Notes under the pieces: model-generated
What the model saw: the letters and a program-made list of their open reading frames with translations, nothing else
The model's database searches: none
What the model was told of the DNA's origin: nothing
Shown here: positions 56,988 through 64,000 of the stretch, one piece after another
Layout: every line of letters starts with the position of its first letter
Numbering within the stretch: the stretch's first letter is position 1
Position numbers and translations under genes: made by a program
NCBI GenBank assembly: GCA_034439735.1
Contig: JAWXAX010000076.1
Span: forward strand, 536 to 64,535
Length of the DNA stretch: 64,000 nucleotides
Origin: Rhodothermales bacterium
GTDB taxonomy: Bacteria > Bacteroidota > Rhodothermia > Rhodothermales > JAHQVL01
Reading direction: 5' to 3'

Positions 56988-57060
56988 GAAGGGTTAAGGT
57001 TCTTGGTTCGAGGTTTAAAGGGATCTCCGTTGAGCGTTATACCTCAAAACCTTAACCCTC
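56988..57060. terminator. inverted repeat between convergent helicase and sulfatase genes
   Basis: GGGTTAAGGTT (56991-57001) / AACCTTAACCC (57048-57058), with inner GAGGT/ACCTC pair. The right arm abuts the sulfatase stop codon. Confidence 0.35.
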
Positions 57061-58552
57061 ATTCTGCCCACGCCGGCGTGCCGAACCAGTCGTGCATCTC
57101 CTGCTCGAAGGGGGCGATGATGCTGTCCGGCTCCGGCCATTCGCCGCGGTCCCCGGTCTCTGCGATCCAGGTGTCGAGCGCGCCGCGCAGCCGGGATAAC
57201 GCGGCCTGGTGTTCGGGGTGGGTGGACGTCGCGAGGTTACCGATCTCATGCGGGTCCGCCTCGGTGTCGAACAGCTGCTCGTAGGGAAGGGGTTTCATGA
57301 GATCGAGCGCGGGGCCGGTGAGCGTGCCGGCAGCGAGCATCTCCCGCATGATGGGCTGGATGATGAAGCACTTCTCCTTGTAGCGGTTCAGCGACGCGAA
57401 GCCCATCTCGGGCATGTAGTTGCGGATGTAGTGGTAGCGGGACTCGCGGACCGAGCGCATGCGGTTGAGCGTTTCGTCGACCCGGTCGCGGGCGCTGAAG
57501 GCATAGGTGCGGGGAGGGTCCGGCCGATCGCCCAGGAACACCCGGCTCTGCATGTTCATCGGTCGCTCGATGCCGGCCATCCAGAGCGTCGTCGCCGTGA
57601 GGTCCAGCACGCTGATCACATCGTCGATGACGCCGCCAGGGGTGTATTGGGGCGGAGGAGCAAGCGCCGGCGGATAATAGACGATCATCGGGACGTGGAT
57701 GCCGGTATCGTACAGCCAGTGGATGCCGCGGGGCTCCATCCGGCCGTTGTCGCCAAAAAATACAATGATGGTGTTATCGGCCAGCCCTTCCTGGCGGAGC
57801 CGGTCCAGGATCCACCCGATCCGCACGTCCATCCCCGATACCGAGTTCAGATACCGCGCCCATTCCTCCCGGACAACCGGGTGATCCGGGTAATACGGTG
57901 GCGGCGTGACGTTCTCCGGTGTGGCTATGCGGGGGTGTTGATCTTCCCCATACCATTTCACCCGCTCGTGCTTGTAGGATTGCCGGTCGTAGATATCGTA
58001 TTCGCTCTCCGGCATGTTGATCTGCGCGAAGAAGGGCTCGTTGGCCTTGAGGTCGTTCCATTCGTTCGACTGGTAGATCGGCCCCTCGTTCACGAAGTTG
58101 AGGTCCAGCTTGGCTGTTCCCACCTCCAGCGAATCGATATACTTGATGTTGGCCGTGAAGTAGCCGGCGTCCTGGAGGCGGTGGGTGAGTGGGCGGACAC
58201 CCTCGGGCAGACGATAGTCGTCCGTTCGATGCGACCGCATGTTGTGCGTGTCGGTGGTTGTCTGATACATCCCCGTCATAAACGCCGAGCGGCTCGGGGC
58301 GCACACAGGCGAGGTCGAGAAAACCCGTGTGTAGCGGATTCCGAGGCGGGCGAGGGAGTCCAGGTGGGGCGTGTGAACCTGTCGAGCGCCGTAGATGCCC
58401 AGGTCCAACTTCATGTTCTCGCCGACGAGCCACAGGATATTAGGCCGGACTGAGGCGGATTGCGATTCCACATCCGCCTCTGACTCGGGCGCGGGGGATT
58501 CGCAGCCGAGGAGCGCGAGCAGCAGCCCGTAGCAGGCGAGGCGTGACGTCAT
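57059..58552 (-). CDS. sulfatase (formylglycine-dependent), lipoprotein
   Basis: 497 aa. LLALLGC lipobox, SPVCAPSRSAFMTG (C-x-P-x-R) motif, DNGRMEPRG. Confidence 0.9.
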   Translation of the reverse strand: MTSRLACYGLLLALLGCESPAPESEADVESQSASVRPNILWLVGENMKLDLGIYGARQVHTPHLDSLARLGIRYTRVFSTSPVCAPSRSAFMTGMYQTTTDTHNMRSHRTDDYRLPEGVRPLTHRLQDAGYFTANIKYIDSLEVGTAKLDLNFVNEGPIYQSNEWNDLKANEPFFAQINMPESEYDIYDRQSYKHERVKWYGEDQHPRIATPENVTPPPYYPDHPVVREEWARYLNSVSGMDVRIGWILDRLRQEGLADNTIIVFFGDNGRMEPRGIHWLYDTGIHVPMIVYYPPALAPPPQYTPGGVIDDVISVLDLTATTLWMAGIERPMNMQSRVFLGDRPDPPRTYAFSARDRVDETLNRMRSVRESRYHYIRNYMPEMGFASLNRYKEKCFIIQPIMREMLAAGTLTGPALDLMKPLPYEQLFDTEADPHEIGNLATSTHPEHQAALSRLRGALDTWIAETGDRGEWPEPDSIIAPFEQEMHDWFGTPAWAE

Positions 58553-58570
58553 GGGGGGGTTTCCTGGGGG

Positions 58571-59962
58571 TTAACGAAGGACGGCGGCAACCATGTCGTC
58601 GATGCGGGTGAACTTTACACGCGGCCGGCCCAGTGCTTCGCCGGCCGCCGTCTCCAGAGCGTCGAGCTTGAGCCAGTCGGCGTACGTGAAAACCTCCGAC
58701 TGCCGGCTTCGGACAAAGGCCTCAGCCTCCGCGGCTGTGGAGTGGGCGGGATGAAGATGTTCGCCGCGCGCGGCATCCTCCATCATCCGATCCACGGTAT
58801 CGACGGCGCAGGCTTTGTTGGTGCCGATGACGCCGCTGGGGCCGCGTTTTATCCATCCAGCCACGTATTCGCCCGTCACGGGCTGGCCGGAAGTTGGATC
58901 GACGACGCGACTGTTGGTATTGTTGATGAGGCCGGCGCGTGCGTTGAACGGGATCCCCGGTAGGGGGACGCCAAGGTAACCGACGGAGCGGAAGATGAGC
59001 CCGACGGGCATTTCTTCAATGACGCCGGTGCCCACCGGGCGGACACCTCCGCGGCCGTCGTCTGACAGCGAGTTTTTCTCCAACCGGAGGGCGCGTACGG
59101 TTCCGTGTTCATCGCCTACGATTTCGGTGGGGGATACCAGAAAGCGGATGATGAGTTTTTTGGCTCGGGTGAGGGGGCGCTCGACGGCCATTTCCTGGAG
59201 GATTTCGATCTTCCGGTCGATGGCCCGGTCCGGATTTCGTTCCAGCATGGCCTGGCTGAGTGGGTCGAGGGCGACTTCTGCCGGGAGGGTGATTGCGTCG
59301 GCGTCTTCCATTTCGCCGAGTTCCTTGATTTCCGGGTTGGTGAACGCGGCCTGGGCGGGTCCGCGCCGGCCGAGCATGACCACTTCGCGGACCTTGCTGT
59401 GTCGAAGCGCTTCCAGGGCATAGTCGGCCATGTCCGTCCGGGCGAGTTCCTCCGGGGTGCGGCAGAGGATACGGGCGACATCGACGGCCACGTTGCCGAC
59501 GCCGACGACGGCGACGCGCTCCTGGGAGAGGTCGAACGACAGGTCCCGGAAGTCGGGATGGCCATTATACCAGGCGACGAACTCGGTCGCCGAGTGGCTG
59601 CCGGCGAGGGCTTCTCCCGGAATACCCAGGGTGCGATCGGTCTGGGCGCCCGTCGTGTAGCAGATCAGGTGGTAGAACTGGTGGAGGTCCTCGACGGACA
59701 GGTGTCGGCCGAGCTCTACGTTGCCAAAGAATCGGAAGCGGGGGTCTTGGGCCGTTTTGTCGTACTGGCGCACGACCGTTTTAATCTTCTGGTGGTCCGG
59801 AGCGACACCCCCGCGCACGAGTCCATAAGGGGTGGGGAGGCGATCGAAAAGGTCCACTTCAACGGAGGGATTCTTGAGGAGGTGGGCCGCGGCGTAAAAA
59901 CCGGAGGGGCCGGCGCCAACGATGGCTACGCGAAAGGGTTGGTCGGGTGATCCTGCTGCCAT
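58571..59962 (-). CDS. FprA / adrenodoxin-reductase-like NADPH:ferredoxin oxidoreductase
   Basis: 463 aa. VAIVGAGPSGFYAA and VAVVGVGNVAVDVA dinucleotide folds, GWIKRGPSGVIGTNK. Confidence 0.8.
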   Translation of the reverse strand: MAAGSPDQPFRVAIVGAGPSGFYAAAHLLKNPSVEVDLFDRLPTPYGLVRGGVAPDHQKIKTVVRQYDKTAQDPRFRFFGNVELGRHLSVEDLHQFYHLICYTTGAQTDRTLGIPGEALAGSHSATEFVAWYNGHPDFRDLSFDLSQERVAVVGVGNVAVDVARILCRTPEELARTDMADYALEALRHSKVREVVMLGRRGPAQAAFTNPEIKELGEMEDADAITLPAEVALDPLSQAMLERNPDRAIDRKIEILQEMAVERPLTRAKKLIIRFLVSPTEIVGDEHGTVRALRLEKNSLSDDGRGGVRPVGTGVIEEMPVGLIFRSVGYLGVPLPGIPFNARAGLINNTNSRVVDPTSGQPVTGEYVAGWIKRGPSGVIGTNKACAVDTVDRMMEDAARGEHLHPAHSTAAEAEAFVRSRQSEVFTYADWLKLDALETAAGEALGRPRVKFTRIDDMVAAVLR

Positions 59963-60032
59963 AGGAGTACGAACGAAGGCGGGGAACGAATAGGTCGCCG
60001 CAAGCTAACGGGCGACTGGCACTTTGTAAAGA

Positions 60033-60102
60033 GTGCAACGTGCAATGTGAAAAATGCAACGTGCAACGTGCAAAGGGCAACATGCAACGTGCAACATGCG
60101 CC
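60033..60102. repeat. ten tandem degenerate heptamers (consensus GTGCAAC)
   Basis: GTGCAAC GTGCAAT GTGAAAA ATGCAAC GTGCAAC GTGCAAA GGGCAAC ATGCAAC GTGCAAC ATGCGCC. A partial inverted copy GCATTGTTCACTTTGCAT lies at 60125-60142. Confidence 0.9.
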
Positions 60103-60159
60103 GTGAGCTATCCCTTTTCATTTTGCATTGTTCACTTTGCATTTATTCGTGGCTCCGCC

Positions 60160-61995
60160 TCATCCCGCCTGCGGATCGGCGCGTCTCGGGAGGGTGATAG
60201 TGAAGCGTGCGCCCTGGCCCGGGGAGGAGATACAGGAGATCGTACCTTCGTGGTCGTCCACGATTTTCTTGACAATAGCGAGGCCGAGGCCGGTGCCGCC
60301 TTTTTTTCCGGCGGTGGCGAAGGGGGTGAAGAGGCGGCCGAGGAGAGACTCGGGTATGCCTGGGCCGGTGTCGCCGAGATCGAGGTAGATGGCATCCGGG
60401 TCCGCGGAGGTGCGGATGCTGAAACGTCCGCCTTCCGGCATGGCGTCGGCGGCATTCCGCGCCAGGTTATGGATGACGCGCATCATCTTATGCTCGTCGA
60501 AATAGGCGATGCCGGTGTAATCCGCCTGGAGGGTGATTTCGATCCCTTTGCCGGCGAGTTCATGGCGTAGATGGGCGGTGACTTCGTCCAGGAAGCGGGC
60601 GAGGAAGACCTTTCGGATGAGGAGCTGGCTCTCGCCGCGCGCGAAGGCCAGCACCTCGCGGGTCATTCCGTTCATGAGGTCGAACTGCCGTTTGATCAAC
60701 TCCGTATACTCGCGACGCTTGTCGGCGTCCGCCAGTTCAGTCATCATCTCCGCATACCAGGAGACAATGGTCATCGGCGTCTTGAGGTCGTGCATGACGC
60801 CGGCCATCATCTGGCCGATGGTGGCGAGCCGGTTCTCGTTTTCGCGGTCCATCTTGGCGCGTGCGAGTTGGATCGCGCGGGACGCCTGGCCGGCGATGAG
60901 TTGCAGTAGGCGCAGATCCCCTTCGTCGAAGCCGGCGGACGAAAGGCCGTTGCCGCCGGCGTCCAATTTTTTATCGATCAACTCGAGCGCACCGACGGTA
61001 TCGTCGCCTAGGATGAGGGGGGCGCAGAGCAGGTTGCGCGGCCGGGCGCCGAGTTTTTCAGCGAAGGCGTGGGCGACACGGTCGTCAGTATCGGGATCGT
61101 TGACAAGCGCCGGCTCGCCGCGCGCCGCGACCCATCCGATGATACCCACACCCATGGGGATGCGCTGGCGGATGACGCGCGCCTCGTGTTCGCCGGCGGT
61201 GGTATGGAAGCGGAGGTCACCCTGTTTCCGGGAGCGGAGCGCCACGGAGCCGGCCTCGGCGCCGACGGCCGCGATGGCCTGCTGGAGGATGCGGTCGAGC
61301 AGCTCATCCAGGTCGTCCGCGGCGTGCATCTCTCGCTCGATGGCGTAGAGCACGTTGATCTCGCGGTTGCGCTGCTCGAGGTCCCATCGGGCCCGGGACA
61401 ACGCGACGTTTTTGTTTAGGAGCGACTCGTTTAGTTTCGTGTTTTCGATGGCAATGGCCGCCTGGCTGGCGAGGGCGCCCAGGAGCGATTCGTCGCCGGC
61501 GTCGAACGTGCCTTCCCGTTTATTCAGCACCTGGACGGCCCCGATCGTCTGGCCATCGTGATTGCGCATGGGCATACAGAGGATGGTGCGGGTGCGGTAG
61601 CCGGATTTGCGGTCGAACGACGGCTGGAAGCGGGAGTCGCTGTAGGCGTCCGGGATGTTGAGTGTCTCGCCAGAGGCGACCACCCAGCCGGCGATGCCCT
61701 CACCCGGTTTGAGCCGGATCTCGACGGATTCCTCCCCCTGCGCGAGGCGTGACCAAAGGGACTTCCGGTCGTCGGACATCAGGTAGAGCGTGGACCGGTC
61801 GGCCTCCATCAGCAGCGTGATATGCTCCATGATGAGCACGAGTAGGGCCTCAAGGTCGATACCGGACGAGAGGGCCCGGCCGACTTCCTGGACCAGCACC
61901 AGTTTTTTGCGTTCCGCAAGCAACTGCGCCTCGAGCGCCTTCGGATCCATGCCGTCAGAAGGAGTGGCGGACGGCTTGCCGGGTGGAGCTGGCAT
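60160..61995 (-). CDS. cytoplasmic sensor histidine kinase with tandem GAF domains
   Basis: 611 aa, no TM segment. H-box [13 protein letters not shown]-box [13 protein letters not shown]-boxes DTGPGIPE and GTGLGLAIV. Confidence 0.9.
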   Translation of the reverse strand: MPAPPGKPSATPSDGMDPKALEAQLLAERKKLVLVQEVGRALSSGIDLEALLVLIMEHITLLMEADRSTLYLMSDDRKSLWSRLAQGEESVEIRLKPGEGIAGWVVASGETLNIPDAYSDSRFQPSFDRKSGYRTRTILCMPMRNHDGQTIGAVQVLNKREGTFDAGDESLLGALASQAAIAIENTKLNESLLNKNVALSRARWDLEQRNREINVLYAIEREMHAADDLDELLDRILQQAIAAVGAEAGSVALRSRKQGDLRFHTTAGEHEARVIRQRIPMGVGIIGWVAARGEPALVNDPDTDDRVAHAFAEKLGARPRNLLCAPLILGDDTVGALELIDKKLDAGGNGLSSAGFDEGDLRLLQLIAGQASRAIQLARAKMDRENENRLATIGQMMAGVMHDLKTPMTIVSWYAEMMTELADADKRREYTELIKRQFDLMNGMTREVLAFARGESQLLIRKVFLARFLDEVTAHLRHELAGKGIEITLQADYTGIAYFDEHKMMRVIHNLARNAADAMPEGGRFSIRTSADPDAIYLDLGDTGPGIPESLLGRLFTPFATAGKKGGTGLGLAIVKKIVDDHEGTISCISSPGQGARFTITLPRRADPQAG

Positions 61996-62091
61996 GCGGG
62001 TACCGGTGATACAAATGGATGAGATTCCGGGGCAGTCCCGGTCGAAAGCGGCGCACCAGGGGGGAGCGGGCGGGCGACGCTGTGCGGTTCG

Positions 62092-62616
62092 CTACTCAAG
62101 CGTCAGCTCAAAATCCGAATCTCCGGGGACAAAATACAGTGACCATTCTTTTTCGCTCGGGAAGTGCTTCACCCGAAACACATTCTTCTGGTCCGAGAAC
62201 ACCTCCATGAGCACATCGTGTTGGATATGGATCGCGGCGAACGCCTCCGGCGCCTCGTACGAGAGCGTGTACCACCACACGGGGATGCCGTTTTGCAATT
62301 CTTCCCCGCTGGACACAATGACGCCGGGCACGGGGATGCCGCCGGCCGACAGCACCAGCTTCTCATTCAGATATACGCCGAAGAGGGAGTCTACCTCGGG
62401 ATCGGCGCGCATCGTAAGGTCGGAGATGCCAAACCGATTCTGCAGGCCGGCTTCCAGGTCGTCCTTGAACAGCCGGATCTGCATCATGCCCATGGGTCCT
62501 TCCACCGCAAGCCGGGCGTAGGAGACGTGGAACTCGTGCGGCGCCACCAAGCGGCTGGCCATCAAGAGGCAGCCGGCGAGCAGGGTCAGTACGAGCGGGA
62601 CGATGCGGTGGAGCAT
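62092..62616 (-). CDS. hypothetical secreted protein (DUF6702-like, usually next to M1 peptidases)
   Basis: 174 aa. Signal-like MLHRIVPLVLTLLAGCLLMA, then HEFHVSYARLAVEG.... Family name from memory only. Confidence 0.5.
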   Translation of the reverse strand: MLHRIVPLVLTLLAGCLLMASRLVAPHEFHVSYARLAVEGPMGMMQIRLFKDDLEAGLQNRFGISDLTMRADPEVDSLFGVYLNEKLVLSAGGIPVPGVIVSSGEELQNGIPVWWYTLSYEAPEAFAAIHIQHDVLMEVFSDQKNVFRVKHFPSEKEWSLYFVPGDSDFELTLE

Positions 62617-62630
62617 GGGTTGGGTGTTTC

Positions 62631-62690
62631 GGGTTCAGAGTTCCGGGGTCCGAGCGGATCCAGCCAGGGCACACACGGAACTCCGAACCC
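62631..62690. repeat. 15-bp inverted repeat in the peptidase-DUF6702 spacer
   Basis: GGGTTCAGAGTTCCG (62631-62645) / CGGAACTCCGAACCC (62676-62690), one mismatch. Flanked by CGAACCC-type direct repeats up to 62706. Confidence 0.6.
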
Positions 62691-62711
62691 GGAACCCCGA
62701 ACCCGCTTCGC

Positions 62712-64000
62712 TTATTCGTTCGATCCTTCGGTGGGCGGCGTCACTTCGGGCGCTTCCCACAGATTGTCCTCGCGGTCGATATCCGCGAAAGCCTCATCGG
62801 GGTCAAGTTCGACACGGACGACCTTTTTGTCCGAGAAGAAGCCTTTTTTGAAGCTCACCTCGTTGGAGCGCCATACATCGGCCGGCATATCGAAGCGTTC
62901 GCTGGAACCGTCCTCGTAGGTAACTTCGAGTTCGACGGGCATGATGAGCTGGCCGTCGTTCTGGACCTCGACGCGGTAGTAGTGTTGGCCGTTTTCGGTG
63001 TTGCCGAGGAGTTGTTCAGAGGGTTGTTCGCTGACGCCGGCGATGGCCTGGTCGTTGGCGTAACTCGTATAGAACCAGCCGCGCCAGAACCACGAGAGAT
63101 TCTCGCCGGCGGTCTCCTCGAGCGACCGGAAGAAGTCGGCCGGCTGCGGGTGCTTGAAGGCCCACTTTTCGGAGTACTTCCGAAAGGCGTCGTCGAATGT
63201 CTCGGGGCCGAGGATGTGTTCACGGAGCATGAACAGGCCGGCGGCCGGCTTCGAGTAGCCGTTGTTGCCGAAGTTGTTCTGGATGATGTCCGACTCCGTC
63301 ATGATCGGCACCTGCTCCTCGCCGCGCATGTAGTCGACGATATTCCGGGCCGGGCCGCGCCGGCTGGGGAAGGTGCCGTCGGTGGTCTGGGACCAGATGG
63401 GGGTGTTCTTGAACTTGGTGGCGTAGTCCTGCTCCCCGTAATACTGCAGGAACGAGTTCAGCCCTTCATCCATCCAGGTCCACTTCCGTTCGTCGGAGGC
63501 GACGATCATAGGGAACCAGTTGTGGCCCACTTCATGGATCGTGACGCCAATGAGGGCGCGTTCGACGGCCTCCGAGTAGGTGCCGTCCGACTGGGGGCGG
63601 GCGCCGCAGAAGGCGATCATCGGGTACTCCATGCCAAACACCGGGCCATGGATGTTGGCGGCCTTCGGGTACGGGTATTCGAGGGACATCCGTCCGTACG
63701 TTTCCATCGTGACGATGGTGGCGCGGGTGGACACCTTGTCCCAGAGTGGCATGGCGTCGCGCGGGTAGAACGAGTGGATCTGGATGGGCGTCTGGCCCGG
63801 GCGGTAGGTGAAGCCGGCGGCGTCCCACACGTACGTCTTCGAGGAGACCCACGAGAAGTCGCGCACGTTGTCGGCCTTGAAGTGCCACGTGAGGGTGCCG
63901 CGTTGTTTCGGCCGGCTCTCGGCCGTCATCACCTCGTCCGGCCCGATGATAAAGACGGGCTCCTGGCCCTGGTAGGCCTGCTGGAGGCGGTCGCGCTGGG
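62712..64000 (-). CDS. M1-family zinc metallopeptidase; N-terminus outside the window
   Basis: HEVGHNWF (HExxH) followed by WMDEGLNSF. The frame stays open upstream of the track ATG (63932) to the window edge. Confidence 0.85.
   Translation of the reverse strand, partial: QRDRLQQAYQGQEPVFIIGPDEVMTAESRPKQRGTLTWHFKADNVRDFSWVSSKTYVWDAAGFTYRPGQTPIQIHSFYPRDAMPLWDKVSTRATIVTMETYGRMSLEYPYPKAANIHGPVFGMEYPMIAFCGARPQSDGTYSEAVERALIGVTIHEVGHNWFPMIVASDERKWTWMDEGLNSFLQYYGEQDYATKFKNTPIWSQTTDGTFPSRRGPARNIVDYMRGEEQVPIMTESDIIQNNFGNNGYSKPAAGLFMLREHILGPETFDDAFRKYSEKWAFKHPQPADFFRSLEETAGENLSWFWRGWFYTSYANDQAIAGVSEQPSEQLLGNTENGQHYYRVEVQNDGQLIMPVELEVTYEDGSSERFDMPADVWRSNEVSFKKGFFSDKKVVRVELDPDEAFADIDREDNLWEAPEVTPPTEGSNE

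Noticed and set aside
60033-60102. Heptamer array as a CRISPR array or a coding repeat.
   Set aside because: The units are 7 nt without spacers, which is far too short for CRISPR repeats. No cas genes are present. The period is not a multiple of three and the array lies between a stop and a start codon.

Overview
This is a GC-rich bacterial chromosomal window that is almost entirely core genes. Three features suggest a high-GC Bacteroidota/Rhodothermota-like organism (inference only): an rpmB-rpmG-DUF4295 trio, a T9SS-type C-terminal sorting tail on a GH53 galactanase, and TonB-dependent receptors with ECF sigma/FecR partners. The window holds dnaA-dnaN, a translation block (rplM-rpsI, rpsB-tsf-pyrH-frr), yceD-rpmF-plsX-fabH-fabG, dnaB, coaBC-rpoZ-gmk-yicC and four tRNAs (Pro, Arg, Cys, Ser). 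It also holds the tail of an ebo-type cluster (DHQS-like / EboE / alkaline-phosphatase-like), two TonB-receptor cassettes and a few orphan genes. I saw no rRNA, CRISPR array, transposase or integrase. The most interesting signals are non-coding. (i) A dense DnaA-box cluster with a box / CTA-trinucleotide / AT-rich layout sits at 12.3-12.76 kb, 36 kb from dnaA. (ii) A 1-kb gene-free tract lies upstream of dnaA at a strand-polarity switch and carries two different triple direct repeats plus a palindrome. (iii) A ten-unit degenerate heptamer array (GTGCAAC) lies between a GAF histidine kinase and an FprA-like reductase. (iv) A 4 x 10-bp tandem repeat lies inside the ebo cluster. Coding oddities include a roughly 100-aa hyper-acidic D/E/F-repeat protein, a Nudix hydrolase with an extra N-terminal module, and an ECF/FecR/TonB cassette interrupted by a lipoprotein gene. 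All functional calls come from reading translated motifs and synteny by eye. No database search or computation was possible, and start codons are often uncertain because the ORF track also uses GTG/TTG starts.
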